Part shown: one piece after another, positions 28,032 to 38,374 of the stretch
Layout of the letters: every line of letters starts with the position of its first letter
How positions within the stretch are numbered: the first letter of the stretch is position 1
Assembly (NCBI GenBank): GCA_965261395.1
Contig: OZ253462.1
Span: 6,336,001-6,400,000, forward strand
Length of the DNA stretch: 64,000 nt
Direction: 5' to 3'
DNA from: Candidatus Latescibacterota bacterium
GTDB taxonomy: Bacteria; Latescibacterota; UBA2968; UBA8231
Made by a program: the position numbers and the translations under genes
The notes under the pieces: generated by a model
The model's database searches: none
What the model was told of the DNA's origin: nothing
Seen by the model: only the letters and a program-made list of their open reading frames with translations

Positions 28032-29788
28032 TCAAAACTGCCGCTCGCCGTCGATAGCGGCGTCCCAACGCTGCGAATAGAGGTAGTCCATCGCGGCCTG
28101 CGTCGCTGTGGGCGAGCCAATCTGTTGCAGGGCACTCAGCGCGAACGCGCCCACGTGACCGCAGGAATCGTCGAGTGCCCTGAGAAGCCGTCTGAAAACC
28201 CCCTGTCGGGCTGTTTTTCGGGTGGTCAAGCGATCTAGGCGTCGAGCGTTTTTCATAGGGCGAGACGCCCTCGATCCCAGCGGCTTGGAGTCAAAGCAGA
28301 GATCGAAACCCTAGTTTTCAGACGGCTTCTGAAGAGCTGGGCTTCTAACGGAGCAGCGGCTTGGCCGAGCTGGGCGCACGCTATTGCGGCGTTGGTCCGC
28401 ACTTGGTCACGGGGCACCCAACGGCGGCCGGCTTCCTCCCGCCAGTCTGGGCGGTCGGCCGAGAGCATTCGTCCTAGGGCTTCCACTGGTACGCCTTGCG
28501 CGATATTGCCCAGCGCGACGAGGGCCGTGCGCACTAGGCGATGCGAGCCATCTTCGAGGCTCCGCGTCAACGCTGGGACCGCTGTTACCGCGTGCGAATC
28601 CATCTCGCCGAGGGCAAAGGCGGCGTTGACTTGGGTCCACTCGCTTTCGTCGTCCAACAACGCGCAGAGCGCCTCGACCGCGGGTTCGCCAACGGCCGCC
28701 AGGGCCTGCGCCGCATCTTCCATGTTAGTCGCTCCCTCATTCCAGGCGGGCGGGGCCTCGGGTTGGTCGGCCTCACGCCCTGCTGCGCGCAACGCTTTGG
28801 CCAGCGTCGCAACCGCTGGCTCGCCAATCGCGCCCAGCGCGTAGGTCGCTGCCGTGCGCATGGCTTGGTGATCGGTGCTCAAGCACTCGACGAGCGTTGG
28901 CACGGCTGCGGCCGCATCGACGCCCCAGCCAGCCAACTGTTGTGCCGCCGCCAGCCGCTGTGCTAAATCCACCTCTGGGTCGAGTTGAGCGATGAGTGCC
29001 GGCACATCCCCAGCGGCCTGTGGCCAGCTAGCGTAGCGATCCCGCTTGCCGCACAGCCAGTCCCAAGTGTGCGCCCAAGCCAGTTCCAGATCGTAGGGGG
29101 AGTCAATGCGTTGGGGCTTTTGCCAGTGCATGCTTTTACAATCCCAAGTCGGTGCCGTTGGCTCGGAGGCCCGCATGTAGATGAACTTGATCATGTGCCG
29201 ATGCATCGGCAGCAGGCTGACGCCGGCGGCGTGGCCCACGTCAAAGTGCGTCAGCGACACCGTGCCAGCTCGGCCGGCCAATGGCAAGGCGCGCGCCCGG
29301 TCCTCGTCGGTCAGTCCGCGATTGAACTGCGTGCCCGGGATCACGTGCGTCGGCCCCAACTCGACCGGCGAATCCTGCGGGTAGTACATGATCCGCGCAT
29401 AGCGCAGATAGTGCTGGCGCGGATGGCCCATCGGCGTGTACCCATCCTGATGGCAGTTGCGGCGCAGCCTTTCCGCGGCCGCGGCCGCGGGCACGGGTTC
29501 CTCCGTCGGCTTGAGCGGATGGCAGTAGCGGTGCGGATGCTCCAAGTAGTTCGGGCCTAAGACGCTGATGAGCGCGCCGCGCACCTCGGGCGAGTTGAGT
29601 ACGTGGCGCATGGCGGGCACGCGCGGCAGGATGTTGTTGCCCGGATTAGGCTCGGAGTCGATGATTTGGTTGAGCCGCTCATAGCACGCTTCGTGCGTCC
29701 CCTCGGGCACGGTCGGCTCAAAGACCAAATAGCCGTTGACGATAAACTCGCGCATCTGCTCGTCAGTGAGCAGGATCGGGTCGGTCAT
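28032..29788 (-). pseudogene. Phytanoyl-CoA dioxygenase (PhyH)-like plus HEAT-repeat protein, C-terminus disrupted by a MITE
   Basis: LLTDEQMREFIVNGY, HQD facial-triad motif, HEAT repeats. Removing the MITE restores ...EAQLF-RALDDSCGHVG...GERQF*. Confidence 0.85.
28184..28329. mobile_element. 146-bp MITE with the same TIRs as the IS at 15124-16055
   Basis: GAAGCCGTCTGAAAAC ... GTTTTCAGACGGCTTC; TGA duplicated at 28181-28183 and 28330-28332; no transposase. Confidence 0.93.
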
Positions 29789-29822
29789 AATGCAAACTCC
29801 TTTATGGAAGTGTCCATGCCAT

Positions 29823-31718
29823 TCAAATCCGCACCTTCAGGGCCTCGGCCTTTAGCTGTTCGCAGCGGCGCGGCGCGTACGGGGGCTGTTGGGTCTCGCG
29901 CAAATCAAAGCCAAAGGCGCGCTTGCTCAAGACGATGACTGGTGGCGCTTGAATCCGCTTGAAGTAGTTGATCCGCACTTGGCGCTCCACCCATTCGAGA
30001 TCTTCGATCCAACGGCGCGCATCCGGGAAGTACGCACGGAAACACGCCGCATCGTCCCATCCCAACCGCTCTAGCAGCACGCCCTCTATAAACCACTGCA
30101 ACAAATCGCTGCTGTGCCGCCGGTATTCGATGAACTGCCGCAGCACGGCGTCGTGGTAGCCGTACTTGATCGGATCGCCCAAACCCTGCGTCACGTCTTG
30201 GGCCGCAGACAGCTCGGCACTGGGCACCACCGAGCCATCGAGCAGATTCTCCGGCACTACGGCGCGGCCATAGACATCTTCGTTGAGAAAGCGCGCCAGC
30301 GCGAAGACCTGCACCTTGTACAGGTCGGCAATCGGAGCCACCGCGCCGCTGATGTCCCCGTAGAGCGTGGCATAGCCCAAGGCGACCTCGGTCTTGTTGC
30401 CATTGGACGTGAACACGAGTCCGTATTTGGCCGCTAAACCGGCGAGCACATCGGCAAAGCGGATACGCGCCTGCACGTTCTCATCCACCAACCGCGTGTA
30501 CTCGCCCCGGCCCACGGAAAATTCCGCACCCTGCACGAGGGCGGCTACGGCCTCGTACAGCGATTCGATCGGACAGCACAGATAATCAACGCCCAGCGCA
30601 GCGCACAGCGAGCGGGCGTTGTCTTGGGTGACAGCGGCGTTGAAGCGCGTCGGCATATTGACCGCAAACACGCGCGCTGAGCCAAAGGCGCGCTCCAGCA
30701 GACAGCAGACCACGCTGGAGTCCACGCCGCCGCTCGTCGCAATGAGGAACTTGCTTTCCGCGCCGCGCACGTCATCTAGGTGCCGTAGCCCGGTGAGGAT
30801 GCCCGCGTACTGAGCTTCGATTTCGCTTTGGGGCGGCGCAATCTCTGCACGGCCCGTGAGCACGAGCTGTTCCCGCCACGGACGAGCGCGGCACGCGATA
30901 TGCCCGTCGGTCGCGTACGCAGTGCTGTCGCCGTCAAACACAATGATGTTCTTGCCGTTGTTTTGCGCCCCGACTTGGTTGACGTAGAAAAACGGCAGGG
31001 GTGAGCGCGCCAGTATCTGGCGCACCACGCGGTTGCGCTTGTCGCTTTTCTGCCAAGTAAAGGGCGAGGACGAGAGGTTGAATACGGCTTCAGCGCCGCG
31101 ACGGCGATACAGCGCCAGCGTGTCGAGGGGCTCACCGCTGTGGCAGTAGTCCTCGCACCACATGTCCTCGCACAGTTGCACGCCAAAGCCAAAGGACCTT
31201 CCGTCCTGGAGCCGCACCTTGTATGGGTGCAGCCAGTCCTCCAGCGACCGACCCTCGGCCTCGGCCAAGTGGCGCAGCGAGAAGAAGTGCCGGTCGTCGT
31301 CAAAAAATCGATAGTTGGGATGCAGGGTTTTGGGCTGGACGCCGCAGGGCAGCCCGGCGGGCACGGCTTCGCGCACCGCGTATTCGCCGTTGGAACACAC
31401 ATAGACAGCATTGTACTTGCGCCGCCGTCCATCCTGGCCCTGGTGGACGGGGTCCACCGCCACATTGCCAAAGATCACGGTCAACTCAGTGCTGGCCCGG
31501 CAAATCTCATCGCTGTACGCGGCAAAATCCTCGACATACGCGTCCATCTCCCACAAGTCGCCGAGGATATAGCCGCTAATGCACAGCTCGGAAAAGACAA
31601 CGATCTCAGCGCCAGCCGCCCGCGCCTGCTCGATAAAGGCCAGCATCCGCTCCGCATTCAGGTCGGGTCGCCCGGGCTTGACCTCCATCTGCACCAAGGC
31701 GATTGCGGGCAGGCCCAT
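29823..31718 (-). CDS. nadE: Glutamine-dependent NAD+ synthetase
   Basis: Nitrilase domain (FSEL, K, LCED) plus SGGVDS, ENVQAR, NKTE and GYATLYGD. Start at MGLPAIAL, overlapping the upstream TGA. Confidence 0.92.
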   Translation of the reverse strand: MGLPAIALVQMEVKPGRPDLNAERMLAFIEQARAAGAEIVVFSELCISGYILGDLWEMDAYVEDFAAYSDEICRASTELTVIFGNVAVDPVHQGQDGRRRKYNAVYVCSNGEYAVREAVPAGLPCGVQPKTLHPNYRFFDDDRHFFSLRHLAEAEGRSLEDWLHPYKVRLQDGRSFGFGVQLCEDMWCEDYCHSGEPLDTLALYRRRGAEAVFNLSSSPFTWQKSDKRNRVVRQILARSPLPFFYVNQVGAQNNGKNIIVFDGDSTAYATDGHIACRARPWREQLVLTGRAEIAPPQSEIEAQYAGILTGLRHLDDVRGAESKFLIATSGGVDSSVVCCLLERAFGSARVFAVNMPTRFNAAVTQDNARSLCAALGVDYLCCPIESLYEAVAALVQGAEFSVGRGEYTRLVDENVQARIRFADVLAGLAAKYGLVFTSNGNKTEVALGYATLYGDISGAVAPIADLYKVQVFALARFLNEDVYGRAVVPENLLDGSVVPSAELSAAQDVTQGLGDPIKYGYHDAVLRQFIEYRRHSSDLLQWFIEGVLLERLGWDDAACFRAYFPDARRWIEDLEWVERQVRINYFKRIQAPPVIVLSKRAFGFDLRETQQPPYAPRRCEQLKAEALKVRI

Positions 31719-32845
31719 CAGACCATCACGGGGACCCGCGCCTGATGGATGCACTCGGCCAACAGCGGCACGCCCTCGCGGATGGCCTCCAGCGAGGCAA
31801 AGCCAAAGGCGAGGCGGATGGCTGGCACGTCCTCGCGCTGGATGTGGAAACCCTGCCCCCGCGCCACCACAATGCCGCGCTCGGCGCACAGGGCCATCAG
31901 GCGATCGCGATCCACCCCTTCGGGGAACTCGATCCAGATGAACATGCCGCCCACGGGCCGCGACCACGTGCACAGGTCGCCCGCGTTCTCTGCGAGGCCG
32001 GCGAAAACCGCGTCGCGCTTTTCCTTGAGAATGGCGTTGGTCTCGGCCAAGTGCTGCCACAGCCGGTCGCGGAACAAGGCCGCGCAGCTAGCGGCTGTCA
32101 GCAAGCTGTTGCCCCCGTCGTAGCGGCGGTCGAGGATCCGCGCCAGCATGGGTGGCTGGGCCAACAAATAGCCCATCCGCACCCCAGGACCCAAAATTTT
32201 GGACAGCGAGCCGATGTACAGGACGTTGGGGCTGTCGTCGAGCGCGTAGAGCGCCGGCTCTTGCGGCCCCTCAAAATGCACATCGCCGTAGCAGTTGTCT
32301 TCCACCACTATGGTCTCGTAGTAGCGCGCCACTTCGAGCAGTTCGAGGCGGCGCTGCCGTGGCATGACCGAGCCGGTGGGGTTTTGGTAGGTCGCCAAGG
32401 TATAAATAAAGCGCGGCCGGGTACCTTTGCGGCGCAAGTCCGCCAAAGTGTCGACCAGCGCATCGACGCGCATGCCCTGCTCGTCGAGCGGCACCCCGAC
32501 CAGCTCGGCCCCCAACCGCTTGTACGCGGCAATCGTCCCGGAATACGTCAACTCTTCGGTGACGATCACATCCCCCGGACCTTCCATCAGCGCCTCGGCG
32601 ACCAGCGTAACCGCCTGCATGGAGCCGTTCATCAGCGCGATGTGGTCGGCGGACACGTCCACGCCCTCGCGCCGCGACTCACGCAGGGCCATGACCTCGC
32701 GCAACCCCTGATGGCCCATGTCACCGGGATAACGCACCAGCTCCGCACCCAGCTCGCGCACGGCCGCGCTAGCGGCCTCGGCCAACGCTTCCGTGGGAAA
32801 CGAGCCGGGATCGGTGCGTCCACTGCCAAAATCGTATGTGCTCAT
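31718..32845 (-). CDS. PLP-dependent class I/II aminotransferase (LysN/MocR-like, no HTH)
   Basis: YQNPTG, EDNCY and GSLSKILGPGVRMGY motifs. Confidence 0.9.
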   Translation of the reverse strand: MSTYDFGSGRTDPGSFPTEALAEAASAAVRELGAELVRYPGDMGHQGLREVMALRESRREGVDVSADHIALMNGSMQAVTLVAEALMEGPGDVIVTEELTYSGTIAAYKRLGAELVGVPLDEQGMRVDALVDTLADLRRKGTRPRFIYTLATYQNPTGSVMPRQRRLELLEVARYYETIVVEDNCYGDVHFEGPQEPALYALDDSPNVLYIGSLSKILGPGVRMGYLLAQPPMLARILDRRYDGGNSLLTAASCAALFRDRLWQHLAETNAILKEKRDAVFAGLAENAGDLCTWSRPVGGMFIWIEFPEGVDRDRLMALCAERGIVVARGQGFHIQREDVPAIRLAFGFASLEAIREGVPLLAECIHQARVPVMV

Positions 32846-32857
32846 AACATTCTCCTT

Positions 32858-33859
32858 TTAGAGTTCCAATGGCTTGAGCCGGGGGTTTTCAGTAAGCCCC
32901 GGTATCCGTCCCCGCTTGGCCACGGGCCGACCGTCTACTTCCTTGATGTCCGCAGTGAAATCTATCGCCGAGGCGGCACTAATCGCGCTGCCGACCCCAA
33001 AGGCATCCACCGGCGCTCTTGCCGCCCGGAAATAGCCAATCCGCTCGGCGTCCAAGCCGCCGGAGACCGCGATCTTTATATGGCTATGCCCGGCTTGGTC
33101 CAGTCGCGCGCGCACCTCCGCGACTAGCTCGGCTGTAACGCGACCGCGCTCGCTAGGGGTGTCCAGCCGCACGCCCCCCAGCTTATCGCCTAGGGCTTCT
33201 GCCAGCCGCAGGCTCTCTTCGGCTTCGTCCTTAAAGGTGTCAACCAGCGCGATGCGCTCAACCTTGGCGTCGATGTGGCGGTCAAATGCCTCGGCCGCCT
33301 TGAGCGTGTCGCCGAGGCACAGGATCAGGGCGTGGGGCATGGTCCCGGTTGCCTCAATGCCGGCGAGAGCGGCCCCTTGCGGAGTAGCGCATCCGACGCA
33401 CCCCCCGACGATGGCTGCGTATTCCATCCGGGCGCTGACCTCCGGGTGGATATGCCGAGCGCCGAAGCTGATGATCGGCACTCCGTCGGCTGCGGCCACG
33501 CACTCGGCTGCGGCCGTGGCCCACCCCGTCTCGCTGCTGAGCATTCCCAACAGCGCCGTCTCGTACAGCCCGAACTGCCGGTAGGGCGCACGGATCCGCA
33601 AGACGACCTCGCGCGGCTCGATCCAATCCCCTTCGTCCAAGCTCCACACCTCTGCCTCCTCGCCGAGTACCTGCCGCAAGAGGGCCTGCGCCTCGCGCAA
33701 GCCACAGAGCAGGGCGCGCCGCCGGGTAAACACCTCCATCGCCACGACCGGATTGAGCTGTTCGGCCGCGAGGATGTCGCAACTGCGGCGGAAGTAAATA
33801 TCCGCATTGTCGCCCGCCAGCGTCGCAGCCGAGGGCGCGTATGGGTCGCGCTCTGCCAT
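32858..33859 (-). CDS. pncB: Nicotinate phosphoribosyltransferase (NadC-like type)
   Basis: DIYF, SFGARH, GTMPH, LVDTF, VRLDTP, SGG and FGVGS motifs. Start at MAERDP overlaps the pncA stop. Confidence 0.85.
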   Translation of the reverse strand: MAERDPYAPSAATLAGDNADIYFRRSCDILAAEQLNPVVAMEVFTRRRALLCGLREAQALLRQVLGEEAEVWSLDEGDWIEPREVVLRIRAPYRQFGLYETALLGMLSSETGWATAAAECVAAADGVPIISFGARHIHPEVSARMEYAAIVGGCVGCATPQGAALAGIEATGTMPHALILCLGDTLKAAEAFDRHIDAKVERIALVDTFKDEAEESLRLAEALGDKLGGVRLDTPSERGRVTAELVAEVRARLDQAGHSHIKIAVSGGLDAERIGYFRAARAPVDAFGVGSAISAASAIDFTADIKEVDGRPVAKRGRIPGLTENPRLKPLEL

Positions 33860-34386
33860 CAGCGGTTGGTGACCTGTGCCCCGAGGATTTTTTCTATATG
33901 CCCCAAGGCCCATTCGTGTTGTTGGGGATCAAAACTGGCGACGCAATCGGCTGGCACCTCGACCGGATAGTCGCGGTTGCGCAGCCCGGCCACAGTGTGC
34001 AGGACGCAGATATCCGTGCAATCGCCCATCACCACGACCTTGTCCGGCGCTAGCTCCTCCAACATTGCGGCCAACTCGGTCTCGAAAAAGGCACTGTAGC
34101 GCCGCTTTTTGACAATCTGCGCGTCTTCGGCCAACGGTGCTAGCTCGGCGATGATGTGCTCTTCTTCGCTGCCTTCGATGCAGTGGGGAGGGAACATCTC
34201 GAACTCGCGGTCGTTTGCGCTGTGGCTGTCTTGGGTAAAAAACAGCGCGGCCCCAGCGGCTTTTTCGCGTTCGACCCGCGCGGCGATTCGCGGGATGATC
34301 TCCCGCGCGTGGTCCCCGCAGTAGAGCGTTCCGTCTGGGCGCATAAAGCCGTTCTGCATATCCACGACAATCACGGCATTAGCCAT
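33859..34386 (-). CDS. pncA: Nicotinamidase / isochorismatase family cysteine hydrolase
   Basis: VVDMQNGF, QDSH, PHC, KRRYSAF and TDICV motifs; NAD salvage context. Confidence 0.82.
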   Translation of the reverse strand: MANAVIVVDMQNGFMRPDGTLYCGDHAREIIPRIAARVEREKAAGAALFFTQDSHSANDREFEMFPPHCIEGSEEEHIIAELAPLAEDAQIVKKRRYSAFFETELAAMLEELAPDKVVVMGDCTDICVLHTVAGLRNRDYPVEVPADCVASFDPQQHEWALGHIEKILGAQVTNR

Positions 34387-34431
34387 CGCCTAATCCTCCT
34401 ATCCGCAAAAATACAATCCGCACAGAGCAAT

Positions 34432-34857
34432 TCAAACCGGTTCGAGCCGATCCCCCACGAGCCTCCGGTAGTAACACCCCGACCGCGCCCGACCGGCAGC
34501 GTCCAAAGTGTGGCAGGCCCCCTCTCCTTTGAGCCGGACGCGATACAGCAGCGAATTTTGCTCGCAGTTGACGCGGATTTCTACCAGTTCGAGCACATTG
34601 CCCGAGGTCGCGCCTTTGACCCACAACTCGTTGCGCGATGTGCTCCAAAATGCGGCCACGCCCTCGCGCCGCGTATAGTCGACGGCCTCTTCATTGGCAT
34701 ACGCCAAGACCAGCACCTCGCCGCTATCCACGTCCTGCGCCGCCACCGGCACCAATCCCTCGCCACAGGCCGCAGCCCGCTGCAACTTGCCAAAATCCAA
34801 GGCCAACTGCTGCCCTTCCTCCACTTCCTCAAGTGTCATATTCGCTCGTTCAACCAC
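34432..34857 (-). CDS. hisI: Phosphoribosyl-AMP cyclohydrolase
   Basis: FWSTSRNELWVKGATSG, NCEQNSLL, ACHT and CYYR motifs. The start may be 34839. Confidence 0.88.
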   Translation of the reverse strand: MVERANMTLEEVEEGQQLALDFGKLQRAAACGEGLVPVAAQDVDSGEVLVLAYANEEAVDYTRREGVAAFWSTSRNELWVKGATSGNVLELVEIRVNCEQNSLLYRVRLKGEGACHTLDAAGRARSGCYYRRLVGDRLEPV

Positions 34858-34948
34858 GACGATCTCCCATAGTCAAAGCCCTTTTAACTAGACCTTGCCT
34901 CCCTCTCCACGTCAAGCCTATATTCCCCGCCTAAAAGGACGACGCCCT

Positions 34949-36223
34949 ATGCTTCTCGACACTGCCTACGAAATCGCCACCTCCAACATCCGCTTCGGCC
35001 CAGGCACCACCAAGGAGATCGGTATGGATCTAAAGGACCTGGGGCTGCAGCGGGTCATGGTTTTGACCGACCCTAACTTGCGCGAGCAAGCGCCCGTGCA
35101 GACGGCCTTGGCGGCCATTGCAGAGGCGGGCGTCGAGTACGCGCTGTTCGACCAAGTGCGCGTCGAGCCGACCGACGCCTCGTTCAAGGCGGCGATTGCG
35201 TACGCCCAACAAGGGTTTGACGGGTTCGTCGCCGTCGGCGGGGGGTCGGTGATGGACACGGCCAAAGCGGCCAACGTGTACACCACTTACCCGGCCGATT
35301 TCCTCACCTACGTCAACGCGCCCATTGGCCGGGGTGAGCCAGTGCCCGGCCCGCTCAAGCCGCTGATCGCCGTTCCCACCACCGCTGGCACCGGCAGCGA
35401 GACCACGGGCGTGGCGATTTTCGATTTCGTCGAGATGAAGGCCAAGACCGGCATGGCCCACCGCTACATGCGCCCGACCTTGGGCATCGTCGATCCAGAC
35501 AACACGCGCTCCATGCCGCCGCAGGTGGCCGCTGCAACCGGCCTCGACGTGCTCTCACACGCCTTGGAGTCGTACACGGCCCTTCCGTTCGACCAGCGGC
35601 CCCGACCCGACCGGCCCCAACTGCGACCAGCCTACCAAGGCTCGAATCCCATCAGCGACTTGTGGGCGTTGCAGGCTTTGCGGTTAGTGGAGCAATTTCT
35701 GCCCCGCGCCGTGGCCGACCCCAGCGACGACGAGGCCCGCAGCGCGATGAGCTTGGCCGCGGCCCTCGCTGGCATTGGCTTTGGCAACGCGGGTGTCCAC
35801 TTGCCGCACGGCATGTCCTATCCGGTGGCCGGCATGGTGGAAAGCTATGTGCCCGAGGGATACGCCATCGATTACCCGCTGGTGCCGCACGGGTTTGCCG
35901 TGATCGTCAACTCGCCTGCGGTCTTCCGCTTCACCGCGCCAACTTGCCCCCAGCGGCATCTGCGGGCGGCTGCGGTCTTGGGGGCCGATTGCAGCGGGGC
36001 GCAAGACGAGGACGCAGGCCCGATCTTAGCCGACCGCATCGTCTCGCTGATGCGCCAACTCGGCGCACCCAACGGCCTCAGCGCCCTCGGCTACGGGAGC
36101 CAGCACATCCCGGCGCTAGTCGAGGGCACGCTGCCGCAGCACCGGGTGACCAAGCTCTCGCCGCGAGCGGCAGATGCTGAGGAACTGGCGGGGATTTTTG
36201 CGGACGCGCTGAGTTATTGGTAG
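34949..36223 (+). CDS. Hydroxyacid-oxoacid transhydrogenase (Fe-ADH family)
   Basis: GGGSVMDTAK, PTTAGTGSE, RPAYQGSNP and GVHLPHGMSYPV motifs. Confidence 0.9.
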   Translation: MLLDTAYEIATSNIRFGPGTTKEIGMDLKDLGLQRVMVLTDPNLREQAPVQTALAAIAEAGVEYALFDQVRVEPTDASFKAAIAYAQQGFDGFVAVGGGSVMDTAKAANVYTTYPADFLTYVNAPIGRGEPVPGPLKPLIAVPTTAGTGSETTGVAIFDFVEMKAKTGMAHRYMRPTLGIVDPDNTRSMPPQVAAATGLDVLSHALESYTALPFDQRPRPDRPQLRPAYQGSNPISDLWALQALRLVEQFLPRAVADPSDDEARSAMSLAAALAGIGFGNAGVHLPHGMSYPVAGMVESYVPEGYAIDYPLVPHGFAVIVNSPAVFRFTAPTCPQRHLRAAAVLGADCSGAQDEDAGPILADRIVSLMRQLGAPNGLSALGYGSQHIPALVEGTLPQHRVTKLSPRAADAEELAGIFADALSYW

Positions 36224-36355
36224 GAAGCTGCCGCCAAGCAGAGAGTGGCGACCCTAGCTTTCCGCAGCGAAACCGCCACTAATCAACCTGAAAAATTCCA
36301 TCGCACAGATAGGCCAGACAGTATCGACGGTCAAATTGCGTTGCCTTGCGATTTA

Positions 36356-36433
36356 TTCAACAGATTTGTTGACAACGATTTCGTTGAATAATATCTTTTC
36401 AACAGATTTGTTGACAACGATTTCGTTGAATAA
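36356..36433. repeat. Exact 36-bp tandem duplication (period 42) containing four CAAC-N6-GTTG palindromes
   Basis: TTCAACAGATTTGTTGACAACGATTTCGTTGAATAA at 36356 and 36398. Confidence 0.9.
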
Positions 36434-36443
36434 GGGAGACGCC

Positions 36444-36593
36444 ATGAGATCATCGACCGGCCGCTGGGTAAGCGGCGGCGACTTTTTCAATCGCGAGCGC
36501 GAGTTGCGGATACTGGAGACGCTCGGCCGCGACCACCATAGACCCCTCGAAAGCCGCCGTTCTGAAGACGAATCACTGGGAGACGCGCAATGA
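36444..36593 (+). pseudogene. Internally deleted ATP-binding protein gene
   Basis: MRSSTGRWVSGGDFFNRERELRIL is the typical pre-Walker A segment of STAND/AAA ATPases, joined to a short tail overlapping the next ATG. Confidence 0.6.
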
Positions 36594-38140
36594 ACAAATC
36601 TGATCGACCGATCCGCAAGTTCAATCCGGGAACGTTCCAATTCGACGAGGAGGTGAAAGAGCAGTTCGTGGTCAGAGAACGCGAACTCGACATCGTTCTT
36701 GAGGTCCTCCGTGGGAATATTGATTCTCCATCGTGCCAGCACGTTCTGGTCGTTGCGCCTCGCGGTCGGGGAAAGACTATGCTACTGGCTCGAGTCGCGG
36801 CGGAGTTGCGTACCGACCGTGAATTTTCTGGGGACCTGTTTCCGGTTCAGTTGATGGAAGAGAGTCACGAAATATTCAATCTCGCCGATTTCTGGCTCGA
36901 CATCTTGTTCTATCTTGCGCGGGAGAGCGCCAAGCACGATCCCACACTCGCTGGAGATTTGCGAGAGACGCACGCCGACCTGACCACTCGCTGGCAAGAA
37001 GAGGCTCTCGCGGACCGCGGCCGAGCCGCTGTCTTGGAGGCGGCGGCGCGGCTGGGCAAAAAACTCGTCCTCATGGTCGAGAACCTACAGGCGCTCTGCG
37101 GAAACGTGGACAAAAATTTCGGCTGGGAGTTGCGCGGCGCATTGCAATCGGAGCCCCAGATCATGCTGCTCGCCACCGCCACGAGTCGTTTCAAGAGTCT
37201 GGACGACGCGGAGCAGCCGTTCTTCGAGCTATTCCGGATAGTCTCTTTGGAGCCGCTAGCCACCGAAGAATGCCGTCGCCTGTGGCAGGTCGTCAGCGGC
37301 GACGCGGCGAGCGAGCACGAGATTAGGCCGCTCGAAATCCTGACCGGTGGCAGCCCTCGCCTTCTGGTCATAGTCGCCGAGTTCGCGCAGCACCGGTCGC
37401 TGCGCCAGTTGATGGAAGAACTGGTGATGCTGATCGACGACCATACCGAGTATTTCCGTGGTCACCTAGAGGTCTTACCCAAGGGCGAACGCCGCGTGTA
37501 TATCGCGGTGATCGACCTTTGGCAACCGTCGAGCACGGGCGAGATCGCGGCGCGGGCGCGCATGGATGTCCGACCCGTATCGACCCTGCTCGGCCGACTC
37601 GCCATCCGGGGTGTGGTCATCGTGGAGGGGAGCGGCAAGAAGCGGCTATACGCCGCAGCGGAACGTCTCTATAGCATCTACTACAAGCTACGGCGCGAGC
37701 GCGACGAGGCGGCCGTGGTAGAAAACCTGATCCGCTTTATGGTGGCGTTTTATGGGATGGGCGAATTGTACCATATGTCCGGGCGACTGACTTCGGAAGC
37801 AGCGGAGTCGAAAGTCATTCGCGAGGGAATAGAATATCCGGCCACCATGGAGGCGTTCCGCTCCGCGTATGCCGCGTTCCTACCTAACGACGAAATTACG
37901 ATGCACGAGATACTACGGCTTGTGCCTAACTTGATCGCAACCAGTGCGTCGGCGCATGAACTTGTCGATATCCTGTTGAGCGACAGGGACAAATCCGGCA
38001 CGTTAGTACCCCTCATCGTTGCCCTGCGCCAGCATACCGGCGAGGAGGTTCGTGCGCCTGTGGAAATCCTTGAGGTCGCGGCGGATATTCGCGAACGCAT
38101 CAAGGTAAGAGCGGCGAAAGATGCTCCCGTGCCTTCCTGA
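36590..38140 (+). CDS. AAA/STAND-like ATPase with winged HTH
   Basis: Walker A APRGRGKT, Walker B LMVEN, TGGSPRL, HTH STGEIAARARM...VSTLLGRL. Confidence 0.8.
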   Translation: MNKSDRPIRKFNPGTFQFDEEVKEQFVVRERELDIVLEVLRGNIDSPSCQHVLVVAPRGRGKTMLLARVAAELRTDREFSGDLFPVQLMEESHEIFNLADFWLDILFYLARESAKHDPTLAGDLRETHADLTTRWQEEALADRGRAAVLEAAARLGKKLVLMVENLQALCGNVDKNFGWELRGALQSEPQIMLLATATSRFKSLDDAEQPFFELFRIVSLEPLATEECRRLWQVVSGDAASEHEIRPLEILTGGSPRLLVIVAEFAQHRSLRQLMEELVMLIDDHTEYFRGHLEVLPKGERRVYIAVIDLWQPSSTGEIAARARMDVRPVSTLLGRLAIRGVVIVEGSGKKRLYAAAERLYSIYYKLRRERDEAAVVENLIRFMVAFYGMGELYHMSGRLTSEAAESKVIREGIEYPATMEAFRSAYAAFLPNDEITMHEILRLVPNLIATSASAHELVDILLSDRDKSGTLVPLIVALRQHTGEEVRAPVEILEVAADIRERIKVRAAKDAPVPS

Positions 38141-38374
38141 CCACCGCAGCCGGACGGCCCCGTTGCGGATCAGCCAAAAGTAGGCAAGATGGGCCGCTCT
38201 GCGGAGAGGATCGGATGTCCGCGGCTTTTTACAACTAAGGGCTACTCGCCCAAGGGCAAATGAGCACAGAGGGTTTACGTTTGGCTCAGATAGTATATAA
38301 TTATTTGAAAAATCCCGATTTAGGGGTTTTTGAGTCTCTCTTAAGTTCACTTGGGTGCTAGGAGACAATCCGGC

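Noticed and set aside
31719-32060. N-terminal extensions given by the ORF track for nadE, and likewise for pncB, murB, the aldolase, Gfo/Idh/MocA and M-S copy 2
   Set aside because: They overlap upstream genes or lack homology-like content; downstream starts with an RBS or stop-start coupling fit better.
31703-33127. 474-aa plus-strand ORF, and similar long ORFs such as 60670-62004, 58952-59896, 11517-12425 and 44592-45527
   Set aside because: Antisense shadows of well-supported genes in GC-rich DNA, with no recognisable motifs.
36356-36433. Possible mini-CRISPR (36-bp repeats)
   Set aside because: Only two copies, separated by 6 bp, with no spacer-length sequence and no cas genes.
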